Shown: piece after piece, positions 46,104 through 57,815 of the stretch
How the letters are laid out: every line of letters starts with the position of its first letter
Position numbering within the stretch: the first letter of the stretch is position 1
DNA from: Histomonas meleagridis 2922-C6/04-290x
Lineage: Eukaryota; Protista; Parabasalia
Direction: 5' to 3'
NCBI GenBank assembly: GCA_020184695.1
Contig: JAANOX010000014.1
Span: 124,001-188,000 of the forward strand
Length of the DNA: 64,000 nucleotides
Notes under the pieces: model-generated
Told to the model about the DNA's origin: nothing
What the model saw: the letters and a program-made list of their open reading frames with translations, nothing else
Databases searched by the model: none
Position numbers and translations under genes: made by a program

Positions 46104-46454
46104 TTTGCGGAAAGGATGGACCAAAACCGTAAAATAACCGTTTTATGTCAGTGATATTAACGGTCGCCGCATTTATGTGTTTCATTGCTATTAATAAATC
46201 ATAATCTATTTAGGATTACATATGTTTGTTCAACATTAATGATGTTACTAAAGCTGCTCCATAATTTTTATATACTAATTAAAAAGATTTGAAAAAATTG
46301 ATTTTGGGATCGCTAAAGTTTTTTTAAATGTTATTTTGGAAATTTTGATGATTTTAACAATTGGTGGAGAAACATTAATAAATCAAAGTATTTCATGAGT
46401 GTTTTTCTTATCATTTAATAAAAAGACATAGGGGCACCCCATTCATTGAACAAA

Positions 46455-47042
46455 ATGCTTTTATTTTCGCTTTTAATTAAATATCAAATGGAACAACCAG
46501 TGGTTCGATACTCATCAGTCATTCAGCTTCAAAGTGTTTACTCTGGTAATAAGTTATCTACAACAACAGAATCTGATTCATTAGAAATTCCATCTATTTA
46601 TTGCACACGACTCCCATTCGATAATGGATGGTTATGGGTTGTTGATGATGTTGTCGACCCTATAGAGAATTCAAGAAAACCAATAGAATGCGGATCAAAT
46701 ATCACATTAATCAATCCAATAACCAAATCTTACGTCGGAACAAAGAAAAGCCACGATGGAATTGAAGTTGTTCCAACCACATTAGGTGATGACCCTGAAA
46801 ACCAATGGACAGTAATATGTTCAAAAGGACCAAACTGGGTTAAAGATGATGAAGTTCAACTTCAAAATGTCAAAAACTCATGTTACCTTTCCACATCACT
46901 TGAACTTAGACAAGACGATTTATCTATCAAATATAATGTTACATGCTCACCATTATCTTCTGCATCAGTATGGAAATCTGCAGAAGGTGTGTACATTTTA
47001 GAAGAGGAAGAACAAAAGGAAACTCCAAGAGAAGAACTTTAA
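46455..47042 (+). CDS. SDF2-like MIR-domain ER protein
   Basis: Signal-peptide-like N-terminus, three MIR-like repeats and a C-terminal REEL retention-type signal. Confidence 0.75.
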   Translation: MLLFSLLIKYQMEQPVVRYSSVIQLQSVYSGNKLSTTTESDSLEIPSIYCTRLPFDNGWLWVVDDVVDPIENSRKPIECGSNITLINPITKSYVGTKKSHDGIEVVPTTLGDDPENQWTVICSKGPNWVKDDEVQLQNVKNSCYLSTSLELRQDDLSIKYNVTCSPLSSASVWKSAEGVYILEEEEQKETPREEL

Positions 47043-47301
47043 ATAAATTAAAAATTAAACAATGTTTCACCTAAAAATTCTTTTTTTAATATCATCAAAT
47101 TTGTTATTAACAAGAATTTATATCAAATGTTTAATCCTTCTTAAGTGAATGGTTTCTAAGTCATGTGAAATTAATCAATATGAATATAATTTTTAACAAA
47201 TATTGATATAAAAACAAATAAAATTTCGAATTTTTGATTTTCGTTTCCATTATTATAAAAAGAAAAATATATTTTCCAGTTTTTATAAAAAGCAAAAATA
47301 A

Positions 47302-48909
47302 TCAATCAAACCAAATAAGTGAATCATTATTTGACGCATTTGTCGAGTTATTTTTTGGACTTACTGATGCACTTGGAGTAGGACTTAAACCTACTCCATC
47401 TAAGAAATCAATGAAATCATTTGACGGTTGTTGTGACGACTGACTCTTTTGTGGTGTAGAGACAGCAAAATCTTCGTCTGAGAAAAACCGCAATAAGTCA
47501 TCCGATTTCTGAGCATCTTTTACAGATGGATTTGGTGAAATTTGTTGTTGATCAAATAGATCAAATAATTCATCTCTTTTAGGCGACGGTGTTTGTTGCG
47601 CCTGTATTAGTTGTTGGCTCTGACTTCTTACAGGTGTTGGTGTATCAAATGACATCAAATCAAGAAGATCATCTTCTTTTGGCTTTTGTTTAACATCCTC
47701 GCCGAAGTCGATCAGCATTGGTTCCTCTTTCTTTGCCTTTGTTCCTAGTGTTCCTTGAGATTGTGCTCTTGTGATTACACTTCCTTGAGGCGCCCGTTTA
47801 GCAGTAATTGTTGTCACTTTTCTTTCAAAAACTTCTTCGAACCACTTTTTCAATGCATCTGAAACGTTTTTTGGAATGTGATCAAGATTTTGCAAGTCCT
47901 GAATTACTTGAGACATAGCCAAGTAATCAGGGAAGTTATCAACAGCAGCAATAAGGTCATCAGAACTTTTGGCATTACTATAAATCATTAAATATGATGC
48001 AATGAATTTACGAAGAATACGTGAAACTGATCGGTTTGGAAAACCTGGTGATCCTTCCCATGAACGAAGGTATGATTGTAATGTATATTGACAATTCATC
48101 TGTAAAGATATGATTTTTTGGTAGTGAGGTGATGTGGAATCAAGCGGCGGTTTGTCAATTGAAAGCTTTATATCAAAATTGACAATAAGATGTGAATCAA
48201 GACGACCTTCAAGAAGAACTTCAGCATTAGTGATACCAATAATTGTAGGAACAGGGATTTGAGAAGCTTCTTTAAGTTTGATTGGGAGAATAGGAATAGT
48301 GTTAAGATCCCACCGAAAAGGCTCTATGAGAAGGGGTAAAGCAACACACAACTTACAACAGTTTGAAGCACTTGATGAAACAACAAATATGTGGCGTGAT
48401 TGAAGCATTGAAATGATAATTTTGGTTATGTCAAAAACTGAGAAATTATCAAAAACGAATTTCATCAAACACTGTCGTTCATATCCTCCATCAAGTTCAA
48501 AAGTATGGTCATTGATTTCTACTGTTTTTCTAGATAATTCTTGTGAAAGAGATTTGACATGGAATAACTGTTGGTCCTCTGGAAGAGATAAGATTTTTTT
48601 GAACACATCGGGGTAAAAGTATTGAGTAATAATACAATGAGCATTAAATGAATCACTATATTGAATGAATCCAATGTTAAAATCGCAAGCTGTATCTCCT
48701 ATTACAAAGTAAAAAAACGTTTTTGACTCCATTGCTGTTGGATTTGGGAATGCAAATAATTCTACATTTTTAACCAATGATTCATCTGGTTTTTCATTGG
48801 GAAAAATTTGTTTGGCATTTACTTTGTATGATGATTCCTCTTGGATCACATTAATTGAAAACAAATGTGAAACAAGAGAATGAGGAGATTCATCGCAAAA
48901 ACGCAGCAT
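47302..48909 (-). CDS. DENN-domain protein (connecdenn/DENND1-like layout)
   Basis: NVELFAFP, LLIEPFRWDLNTIPILP and IPVPTIIGI DENN core; unstructured tail with LIDF/DLL-type clathrin-box-like motifs. Confidence 0.8.
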   Translation of the reverse strand: MLRFCDESPHSLVSHLFSINVIQEESSYKVNAKQIFPNEKPDESLVKNVELFAFPNPTAMESKTFFYFVIGDTACDFNIGFIQYSDSFNAHCIITQYFYPDVFKKILSLPEDQQLFHVKSLSQELSRKTVEINDHTFELDGGYERQCLMKFVFDNFSVFDITKIIISMLQSRHIFVVSSSASNCCKLCVALPLLIEPFRWDLNTIPILPIKLKEASQIPVPTIIGITNAEVLLEGRLDSHLIVNFDIKLSIDKPPLDSTSPHYQKIISLQMNCQYTLQSYLRSWEGSPGFPNRSVSRILRKFIASYLMIYSNAKSSDDLIAAVDNFPDYLAMSQVIQDLQNLDHIPKNVSDALKKWFEEVFERKVTTITAKRAPQGSVITRAQSQGTLGTKAKKEEPMLIDFGEDVKQKPKEDDLLDLMSFDTPTPVRSQSQQLIQAQQTPSPKRDELFDLFDQQQISPNPSVKDAQKSDDLLRFFSDEDFAVSTPQKSQSSQQPSNDFIDFLDGVGLSPTPSASVSPKNNSTNASNNDSLIWFD

Positions 48910-48975
48910 GTTTTAAAAACGGTTATACGACTAAAGGAGAACGTTAACTTTATTATAAAGCAGGTTCTAAGTTTT

Positions 48976-49665
48976 ATGGGAAACAAATCCAGAGAAATTT
49001 TACATTCAATTTCTTCAAGCTTTTTAGAAACGTACAGCCCAGTGTTATTCCTTTTAGGGGCTGAAATTGGTATCATTGCAATATATATTTCCAAATCAAC
49101 AATATTTAGTGACTTATATGATTTTTTTGTTTTTTCTCATAACTTACTTATAGGAATTATTACTGTTGGAACAGCTCTTGAACCATTTTTTAAAAAGTTT
49201 TTTAAAATTCATATTAATCAATTGATTTCTATAATTACTTTAATTTCGCTTTACACCGCTTCCAAAAACATTGTGTTTTCTGTTTTCCTCTTTTTTGGTT
49301 TCTTAATTTTTTCTTATATTGAAAATTCGGCAATCATTCAATTAATAATCAGTATTATTTTTGCTTTGTTTTTCTATATTTGGGGAAAATTTATGCATAG
49401 CAATTGTGTTCTTTATATTTTATGTATTGTTTCCACAATATTTTCAATTTTTTCTGGATACGAAAATATTCCATCAAATGAATCCAATTATCATTCAACA
49501 TTAGTACAAAACATTGGGTTTATGTTTTTTGATTTTATGATTCAAAACAATTTTTCTGTTTTAAATGCATTTTTCATAAATTTGTTTATTCAATATATTT
49601 CATACATAATGTTACTTTATAAAATCACGTTTAAAATTGGGAAGCAGAAAGAAAAGTTAACTTGA
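48976..49665 (+). CDS. Multi-pass membrane protein, hypothetical
   Basis: Several hydrophobic segments; start taken at MGNKS to avoid overlap with the divergent DENN gene. Confidence 0.55.
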   Translation: MGNKSREILHSISSSFLETYSPVLFLLGAEIGIIAIYISKSTIFSDLYDFFVFSHNLLIGIITVGTALEPFFKKFFKIHINQLISIITLISLYTASKNIVFSVFLFFGFLIFSYIENSAIIQLIISIIFALFFYIWGKFMHSNCVLYILCIVSTIFSIFSGYENIPSNESNYHSTLVQNIGFMFFDFMIQNNFSVLNAFFINLFIQYISYIMLLYKITFKIGKQKEKLT

Positions 49666-49853
49666 GTATTAAAGTAATTATAAGCTGATGTCTGCATTAC
49701 ATTCTGATGTCGCTCATCAATTTAATAATTGATCTCTTCGCTTGACAGGTAGAGGTGTTACTTTAAAAATTTACTATGTCGGTTTCCCAAACACTTCAGT
49801 TTTTGAATATGAATCCGATGATTTTTCATTCATTTGATTCTATCGTTGGGAAT

Positions 49854-49881
49854 GGTCGGGGTTCGAATCCCTGCGGGATGA
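49854..49881 (+). other. tRNA-like 3' half (T-arm/B-box plus acceptor strand plus T-run)
   Basis: CGGGG-TTCGAAT-CCCTG-CGGGATGA-TTTTTTT; no matching 5' half was found upstream. Confidence 0.4.
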
Positions 49882-49974
49882 TTTTTTTGATTTTTTATTT
49901 TTTCACTTTTACTTTTTCAATAAAAATAGTTTTGATGTCTTTTGATGTTCAAATAAAATTTAGAATCAGATTCA

Positions 49975-51165
49975 TTATTTACTCTTTGAATCTTCATAGA
50001 GTTTCTTTGCTGCCTGAGCTGCATGCACATCTGGTCCTGCCCATTTCCTTAATTCCTCAACCAAATCTTCTCTTTCTAAAGCATATGCCAATTCAATTGG
50101 TGTTTGATCCTTTGCGTTAATTGCTTGTAAACCAGCGCCATGGTTGCGCAGCATTTCAAACAATTCTTTTCTATCATTTTGTACTGCAATATGTAATGGG
50201 GTTCTTCCATCCCACATTCTAATTTGCTCAGCGTTATTATCCAACAGAACTCTCACTACATCGACGCCATTACCTTCAATAGAAGCATGAATTGGACTCC
50301 AGTCCTTCGTCGGCTTCCTAACCATTGGCTTATATTCATAATCATCCTTAAGGTTAACATAAGAACCTTTCTCGAGCAGATATTTCATGACCTCTGAGCT
50401 ACGTAATATCGCTGCCCAGTGCATTGGGATACATCCGAGGTTATCTGAAGCATTAATACGTGCGCCGTTCTCGATTAATATCTTCAAGCATTCAATGCGG
50501 CCATGTCTTGCCGCAACATGTATAGGTAATGTGCCGTTGATCTCTCCTTCGACGCCTGCGCCTTTCTTGATCAAGTACTTAAGCGATTCCGGGCGATTGT
50601 GCATGATCGCGTAATGAACAACAAGTAATGACATCATCGATGGCTTCGCTCCGTACTTTAATAAGAGTTTGACATTATCTGATTTGCCGCCCATAACTGC
50701 TTCTTCTAATGCAACATTTTTGTCACCGTTGTCAATAAATGGAATTAATTCGTCCGGATGAAGCGCGTAGCGAGCAGCATACTCAATACGAGCTAAGTCT
50801 GCGTTGGCATCTAACAACATCTTGACATGATCAATGGTGGAGTTACGGATTGCCATCATTAGCGCTGTTTCGCCCTTATAGACTGAGTTTGGATGTGCGC
50901 CGGCTTCAATTAAAAGAGCAGCTGTTTCAACTGATCCTGAAAATGAAGCGCAATTAAGTGGACACATCTCATCAGAGTCATCTAAATTGACCGGTTGGCC
51001 CATAAGAATCGCTTGCGCCATACAGCCGGGCGAATCTAAGAGTGCGCATATTTGGGTTAAATACTTGTCATCGAGTTTGTATGTGCCGTCTTTGCCGTAC
51101 AAAAGTGCTTTGAATTTCTGGACGTCATCGAGTTTGATGACTTCGCGAAGCGCGTTTTCAAACAT
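49975..51165 (-). CDS. Intact ankyrin-repeat protein without inserts
   Basis: GETALMMA, GTLPIHVAARHG, DNLGCIPMHWAA and DGRTPLHIAV; continuous 396-aa ORF. Confidence 0.92.
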   Translation of the reverse strand: MFENALREVIKLDDVQKFKALLYGKDGTYKLDDKYLTQICALLDSPGCMAQAILMGQPVNLDDSDEMCPLNCASFSGSVETAALLIEAGAHPNSVYKGETALMMAIRNSTIDHVKMLLDANADLARIEYAARYALHPDELIPFIDNGDKNVALEEAVMGGKSDNVKLLLKYGAKPSMMSLLVVHYAIMHNRPESLKYLIKKGAGVEGEINGTLPIHVAARHGRIECLKILIENGARINASDNLGCIPMHWAAILRSSEVMKYLLEKGSYVNLKDDYEYKPMVRKPTKDWSPIHASIEGNGVDVVRVLLDNNAEQIRMWDGRTPLHIAVQNDRKELFEMLRNHGAGLQAINAKDQTPIELAYALEREDLVEELRKWAGPDVHAAQAAKKLYEDSKSK

Positions 51166-51423
51166 AGATAATAATTTGCTGTTTTCTTCTGAAAAAGTAT
51201 TTAACGGTCACCGTGAGGTGATTAACGGTCGTTAAATCTTCTGAAGAAATTTATGTTATTTTAATTATGGTTCATATTATTGAAAAAAATGATAATGAGA
51301 ATTCATGTGTATAATTATGATAATGAATGATATGAAGGAATTTGAAAATATTTGAGTTTGAAATATCCGACGGTTATTTGTCACTTTTGTATGTCGTAAA
51401 AAGAAAAAAAATTAAAAAATTCT

Positions 51424-51876
51424 TTACAAGTCAAGTTGTACTTTGAGCCGATTTAAGTTTTCGTTTTGTTCGTAAATAATCTGTAGTTTAGTTTTGTTTT
51501 CTTCGTTTTCAGTCTTAAGTTTATCATTATCTTTTTTGATTCTTTTGATTTTGTTTTTGAGTTTCTCTACTTCCTTAGAAAGTGTTTCCTCGTCAACTTT
51601 CTTTGGATTGATTTTCCATGAGTTATCTTTGGAATCTTTTTCTGTTCCATATATTTCTTCGACAATTTTGTGATTTTCGTTGAGATTTCGTATAAGATTT
51701 TTGAAGTTTGCTTTGTATGTTTCTATGGCTTTTTTCCTTGAGATTTCATCAATTTTATCATAAACTCGATCTGAAACCATATTCAATAGCTTTTCATCTA
51801 CGTGAGTTTTTGCTTTGGAAGAAGCAGAACTTGTGATTGATCTTACGTCATCTTCTATTCGTTTCGTTTTCTTCAT
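51424..51876 (-). CDS. Small coiled-coil hypothetical protein
   Basis: 150-aa Lys/Glu-rich ORF. Confidence 0.6.
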   Translation of the reverse strand: MKKTKRIEDDVRSITSSASSKAKTHVDEKLLNMVSDRVYDKIDEISRKKAIETYKANFKNLIRNLNENHKIVEEIYGTEKDSKDNSWKINPKKVDEETLSKEVEKLKNKIKRIKKDNDKLKTENEENKTKLQIIYEQNENLNRLKVQLDL

Positions 51877-52319
51877 TTTGTTTCCAGAAATGTTTTTTAA
51901 CTTGAACGTTTATTTAATTTAATTTCACTTTTCAATAAATACTTTTCTGTTAACGCTTTTTCACTTTTTCCATTGGTAATTCTGAGTTTGAATGAAGTGT
52001 GTTCGGTTATTTTCACGAATTAACGGTTTTGTTACAGTAATTTTTTGTTTCGCTTCAACATTAATATGATCAAGTAAAATATCTATATTTCATTTTATAT
52101 CTTATTAAATAACATTTAATCGTGGATGTCTGTTGATTAATCGACTTTTCTTGTATTTCAGATGGAAAACGAATAATATTTCAAGTAAATAATATTTTAA
52201 TATCAAGTATTTTATAAATAATTTATAAAATGTATAACATTATAGTAATGCTAAGATTAAGAAGAATCTCAATCAATTTCATCTTAAATTTATAATAATT
52301 TAAATATTATGTATAATTT

Positions 52320-52534
52320 TTCATGACTACAAACCATTAACTGTTCCAGAAGTGTTGTACCTCGCAACCGAAGCAGGCGCTGTTGGCCTCGAAGATAAAA
52401 TCGGAAACTTCAAAGTCGGAAAGGAATTCGATGCACTTGTTGTTGATATGCAAAATGGCTACGTAGATTGCTTCGGTTTCATGAAAACTTTTGGAATTAT
52501 TTATGCAAACCTATTTACAAAGACTTCCAATTAG
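52320..52534 (+). pseudogene. Guanine deaminase / amidohydrolase C-terminal fragment
   Basis: EVLYLAT..GAVGLEDKIGNFKVGKEFDALVVD matches the GuaD C-terminal motif; no upstream coding part. Confidence 0.7.
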
Positions 52535-52752
52535 GGGTATATACTTATCTTTATTCATTAAATAGATATTTGACCTGTGCATTGAGAATATTCTCCAACT
52601 CTTATTTAGATCTTCAAATGATATGACCAAAACAATTTGACACAAATTTCTCTATTCAGAAAATATTTTATATCAATTAAAAATTATTTTCAATCTTCTG
52701 TAAAAAAAATCGCAAATTTTCCAAATTACCAAAAATAATAATAAAACACATG

Positions 52753-55356
52753 TTATTTATTTAAAGAAACAGACTTATAAACCGAAAACAGCTCTCCCGA
52801 AACCATCAGCAGCAAATTTACTTCCTCTGTCAGCCGCAGAATGTTTACTCTATATTTGATCGATTGTTCTGGCATCAGCACATCGATACTTTTGATTTGG
52901 TTACCAGACACAATGAACGTAATCCGTTCGTTAGGCTCAACAATCGATACTTTGAAATCTTTTATTCCCACATTTGAAATATTTCGAAATTCGATCGAAT
53001 AAAGACTCCGATCAATATGAGAAATTAAGCCAACAAAACAATTCTCACTACAAAAAAATGGCATAAAAAGAAAACTACAGTCACTTCGACACCAGAATCG
53101 AATCTGCTCATCGCCATCAGAAAAAGATTCACAATATGATGGAAGAACAAGTTCAACACGATCACTAGATGTCGAAATGAAGTCTAAAACAGCTTTTGTT
53201 TTCCCAATGATTGATGTATGATAACTTACATCAAACAATGAAGATGAAAAACCAATGGCTTCGAAGCTAGGAGGTGCTTCACATCGAAGCTGATTATTTA
53301 TAGACTTAATATAATAGTCGGAAAACGAACGAATAACAAATGTGATGTGATGTGACACGTATCGTACTGGCGGTTTTGACGACCAAAATGGAAAAATTAA
53401 AAATAAATCGTATTCGCCAGGGCTTTCGCCGACAACACTGATAGTAATTTCGCATTTTTCATTTGGCTGAAGAGGCGTAAGGAATCTTTGACCACAAATT
53501 TCATCTGTATCTGAATTAACTGAAAACTTTATCGATCCAGAAACAACCATTCCAAGATGCTTTAATGGAATTTCACTGTTGGTGAGAGTGCATTTAATTT
53601 GGATGATTTCTCCAATATAAAGTTGATCTTTTGGTAATTCAACGTCTAACTTAACTGAAGAAGCTTCAATGTATGATTGAAAAATAATGTCATTATTCGA
53701 AAAACAACTCCGAAAATGTATATTTTCCCAATCAAATGTTAATCCTTTAAAATTAATAATTCCATTTCCTTTTGTATAAACCTCGAAACGGATTAAACTA
53801 TTTTCTCCTTCGATTTCTTGTGCTTTTTGTTTTAATTCGAAATCACATTCGGCCTCAATTTTCACATTTTTAAAATGAAAAATTGGACAATTTGACTTGC
53901 AAAACACATCTATAATAAGCGGCTCATTTCCAGAGCATTCTAAGACTTTTAATGCGTTGTAATTAAAAAATTCTCCATTTCTAAACGCACCAAATAATTG
54001 TTGTGCAGTTTTTGGCCAACTTTCAGAATACCCATCTGGAACTGTTGCCGCAAATCCCTTCGAAACAAATCTCACGACACGCGTTTGAATGAATCCGCAA
54101 TTCACGACTTCATTTGGAGGGTTTACCCTGAGCACTTTTTGTAAGAACGATGGGTCCGATAGCAAACGTTCTCCCAGAATTTTTTTCAAAGGATATCGAC
54201 CGTCAGGGTACACCTTAAATAAACCTTTCAAAAGTTCTGTTTTCAATAATTCGAAACCGTTTTCATTAATCAAGTTAAACGCGGTCATCATACACATATG
54301 CGAATGTTCGTAACATTTTAATTCGTTATAATCAATTGATGCCTGATATAATTTAAAGGCGCATCTTTTCCTGTTGAGAAATGATGCGAATTGTTCTGTT
54401 AAAAAAGGTTTCAAAATGATGAACTTTTTGGAATAGTTCGAAAGTCTTTTTGCCCTTTCTAAAGAGCACTCAACAAAAAACTGCGCTGTGTTAATCCCAA
54501 AGACTTCGATTTCATTCGTGTTATCGATTAATGCCCTTTCGAACAGACGAAGTGTACTTTTCGAGCACTTTTCCATGGAAATTTCGCAGAGCGCGCTCAT
54601 CAGATAGCATTGTTGCGAAAGAGAAGTCTCATAAAGTTTGGAGTAGAGCTCTTGGGCCTCGTCAAAGCAGCCAACTTGGAAAAGATAATCAGCATAATAT
54701 TTGGAATATATTTCGGAATCTGTAGGTTCGGTTTTGTTTCTAAAGAATTTGGATTTGTTGTTTTTGGTCTTGTTGTAATTTTGGATCAAATTGTTTTGTT
54801 GGATCGATAAATTTTCCAAATATATTGTCTCATAAAATTGGCAAAAAACACTCTCCAGATCACATGGATATTGGAGAATGGTGGGATGGACAGAAGAAAT
54901 AGGCTTTTGGGACCATTTTGGAAAAAAAGGTAATGAAATTCCGGCTTTTTCCCGATCATGTCTGAAAATTATAATCGCAATTGGTATATCTGGAAAGCAA
55001 TAAAATGGGAGAAAATCGGCTTCAAAGAGCCTTTGTCTAAGTAATTGTATTGAATGGATTTCACCGTGAATTGGTAGAGATGCTTCATTTTCAACATAAA
55101 AAAATGGTGTTGTATTTGGATAAATATTTCGCATGTCTAATAGCTCGGCAACTGCTGTATTGATATTTGGAATTGAATATGGAAAAACCATTCGAACGTT
55201 TGCACGATATTGTTTCATTACATTTTTCCAAGTTTCCAGAATTTCCTTAGAAATACCGGGATTGACGGAAATGACTTCGTGTGAAAATACGCAAAATACG
55301 CATGGAGAAAACCGATGCTGAAGGAACTTTGGAAATGGGTGGAAATCCAAATTCAT
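52753..55356 (-). CDS. TRAPPC8/Trs85-like large helical plus Ig-fold protein
   Basis: YADYLFQVGCFDEAQELY TPR-like segment followed by beta-rich domains; family assignment from motif resemblance only. Confidence 0.5.
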   Translation of the reverse strand: MNLDFHPFPKFLQHRFSPCVFCVFSHEVISVNPGISKEILETWKNVMKQYRANVRMVFPYSIPNINTAVAELLDMRNIYPNTTPFFYVENEASLPIHGEIHSIQLLRQRLFEADFLPFYCFPDIPIAIIIFRHDREKAGISLPFFPKWSQKPISSVHPTILQYPCDLESVFCQFYETIYLENLSIQQNNLIQNYNKTKNNKSKFFRNKTEPTDSEIYSKYYADYLFQVGCFDEAQELYSKLYETSLSQQCYLMSALCEISMEKCSKSTLRLFERALIDNTNEIEVFGINTAQFFVECSLERAKRLSNYSKKFIILKPFLTEQFASFLNRKRCAFKLYQASIDYNELKCYEHSHMCMMTAFNLINENGFELLKTELLKGLFKVYPDGRYPLKKILGERLLSDPSFLQKVLRVNPPNEVVNCGFIQTRVVRFVSKGFAATVPDGYSESWPKTAQQLFGAFRNGEFFNYNALKVLECSGNEPLIIDVFCKSNCPIFHFKNVKIEAECDFELKQKAQEIEGENSLIRFEVYTKGNGIINFKGLTFDWENIHFRSCFSNNDIIFQSYIEASSVKLDVELPKDQLYIGEIIQIKCTLTNSEIPLKHLGMVVSGSIKFSVNSDTDEICGQRFLTPLQPNEKCEITISVVGESPGEYDLFLIFPFWSSKPPVRYVSHHITFVIRSFSDYYIKSINNQLRCEAPPSFEAIGFSSSLFDVSYHTSIIGKTKAVLDFISTSSDRVELVLPSYCESFSDGDEQIRFWCRSDCSFLFMPFFCSENCFVGLISHIDRSLYSIEFRNISNVGIKDFKVSIVEPNERITFIVSGNQIKSIDVLMPEQSIKYRVNILRLTEEVNLLLMVSGELFSVYKSVSLNK

Positions 55357-56182
55357 ATTGAATATATTGACCGTTAATTCAATTCACTTTTCAGAAACAA
55401 AATACATCTAACCGAAATTTTTGAAAATGAGAGCGCCGGAAGCCAAAAGATTTTCAAAGATGGATTTTTGAAATTTTTGAAAATGAAGCTCTTCTTGTTG
55501 GATGGTTTATCAGATAATGTCAAACTCTTATTAATGGACGATGATCAAAATGAAATTAAATTTAGTTAATTTTAAAAAGGAAAATTCAAATCACCCAGCT
55601 TTATGGATAAGATATTTTTATAATAATTAAACATAATGTTGTCATAAAAATCTTTATTGGTATTTTTAAAGTTACATTTTGGAGAATTCCTCAAACACAA
55701 TAGCTTGTAATAATTTTAGGTTAACGATAATTTCGTTAGGAAAAAAATGGTCAATGAGTTTTAATTCCGTTTCTGTTATCTTATCCTCTTAAATGAGTCA
55801 ATTAATTTTTTGTTTTTTATACTCTTTCATTGGATTTTACATACATTGAAATACAACACATTACATTATAAATATTTTTGAAGATATAGAAATCTTCACA
55901 ATGTTTTACTTAAATAAATTACATACAAATGGAATTTAACATCAGCTTTGGTCGGATTGATTGAACGCAATTGCATTTAATTATTATTGGAATTACCAGT
56001 ATTCATAGAAAATAAATCCTGCTTGTATATGATGAACCGAAATTCGAAATAGTAAATGAATTCGAACGTGTAAATAATTTTAAATTTATCAAGAAGCAAA
56101 CGCATTTGAATTTGAACTTTTTTTTGAAAAAATGAGAATATACCAAATGATTTATTTTCCATATTATAAGAGTTGCAAGTTA

Positions 56183-56614
56183 CTAGAGGTAAATGCTCAT
56201 CTCATTTCCATGCTTTGAAAGATTGCAGCTTTGATAAAATGGAATGTTTTTATCTTCACAATCTAAAATTACTTTATAACATCCATTAGCACGTGCATCT
56301 TCTATTAGGTGATTGATAAGTTTTTTGCCTAAACCAGTTTTTCGATATGAATAATCAACAACAACATCTTCTATGTGACCAGCAGGTGAACAATCATGAA
56401 GATACTTATGTTCTATTAGCAGCGTTGCGCTACAAATTATTTTACCATCATTTTCAGCAACAAATGTATGATATAATGGATTATTTTCCCTTTTTTTAAA
56501 GAGAGCCTCAAATTTTTCTTTTGAAACATTTCCAACAGTGCTTAATTGAGAAAGTAAGTCAAGAAATCCCTTTTGATAATCACCAATTTGGAGCCTGCGA
56601 AAAGAAACACCCAT
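56183..56614 (-). CDS. GNA1: Glucosamine-6-phosphate N-acetyltransferase
   Basis: LLIEHKYLH, GHIEDVVVD, GLGKKLI and GCYKVILDC..KNIPFY motifs. Confidence 0.95.
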   Translation of the reverse strand: MGVSFRRLQIGDYQKGFLDLLSQLSTVGNVSKEKFEALFKKRENNPLYHTFVAENDGKIICSATLLIEHKYLHDCSPAGHIEDVVVDYSYRKTGLGKKLINHLIEDARANGCYKVILDCEDKNIPFYQSCNLSKHGNEMSIYL

Positions 56615-56747
56615 TTCCAATTAGAAATTTGAAATGTTTATTTTTATTAAACCGTCTATCGTTACGACACTTTTCAAAGGACTTTTCGTTTGTTTAATAT
56701 GAAAACATTTTAATGAGATGTTACAAAGAATAGAATTAAAATCATAT

Positions 56748-57317
56748 TTATGATATTATACAACATTTACCTTCTTTAGCATTTTGGTTATCATCATCAA
56801 CTTTAGTTTCGGATATTAACATTTTAAGTAAAGATTCAAAAGACTGATAAATGTTAATTTCCTTTTTTGCTGACGTTTCAAAGAAGGGACAGCACCAATG
56901 CTGGGCGAGTTCTTGCCCTTTGGAAAATGAAACAGATCTCTCAGGTTCAAGATCACATTTGTTTCCTACCAAAACCATATTAATTTTTTTGTTTGGAAAA
57001 ATACTCAACACTTTTTCTCGAAACTGCCCAGCTTCATCAAAAGAAATCTGCGATGTGATCGAATACATAATCATTACAGCATCTGCATCTTTTATGGCAA
57101 CATCTGTAATTCCTTGCATCTCATCCTGGCCAGCAGTATCAATGATTTTCAAAGTGTAATCAACGCCATCTATTGTCATATCTTTATTAAAATAATCCTG
57201 TATTGTTGGAATGTACTCTGGATCGAAAGAACTACGGGTTAGACGTAAGATAACACAAGTTTTTCCAACACCACCAGAACCAAGAACAACAACTTTGAAG
57301 CTTTTTGTTTCCATATG
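56748..57317 (-). CDS. Ras/Rap-family small GTPase
   Basis: GSGGVGKT, YIPTIQD, DTAGQ, NKCD and ETSAK motifs; C-terminal CCIIS CAAX. Confidence 0.93.
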   Translation of the reverse strand, partial: HMETKSFKVVVLGSGGVGKTCVILRLTRSSFDPEYIPTIQDYFNKDMTIDGVDYTLKIIDTAGQDEMQGITDVAIKDADAVMIMYSITSQISFDEAGQFREKVLSIFPNKKINMVLVGNKCDLEPERSVSFSKGQELAQHWCCPFFETSAKKEINIYQSFESLLKMLISETKVDDDNQNAKEGKCCIIS

Positions 57318-57815
57318 ACAAACAAGTGACACAAGGGGTTTCAAAATAAATGCCTATCGGAGAATTTCAACGGTTGGATGCCCCATTATTCAATTATTCA
57401 ATAGCTAACAACTTTTTCTGTACATAAATTCATGTACACCGATGAAAAACGACACTTTTAGATAATGCCGATCAGGTTTTCTTCACCTATGAACCGCCTG
57501 GCCAAGTATCACAGCTTTTTCATTCCTATGATGAAATTATGTGTAATATGATGTATGTTTTCATAACTATCGTTATAACGATCCTTTAACAGCATTCAAA
57601 ATTTGAATAGATTGAGAAGATACGCCACTTTTTTGACGAATCCAATTGAAGTGGCATCTTAAAGAAACAAGGAAATATTAATTTTTACCATTATGAATTA
57701 AAAATATGATTTTCATATTTTTCAAATATTTGTAATATAATCCAACACGTGTTCCTTTAAATAATTTCTTTAATTGGAAAGAAATAAGAATTATATTTTT
57801 TATTACAAATAATTT

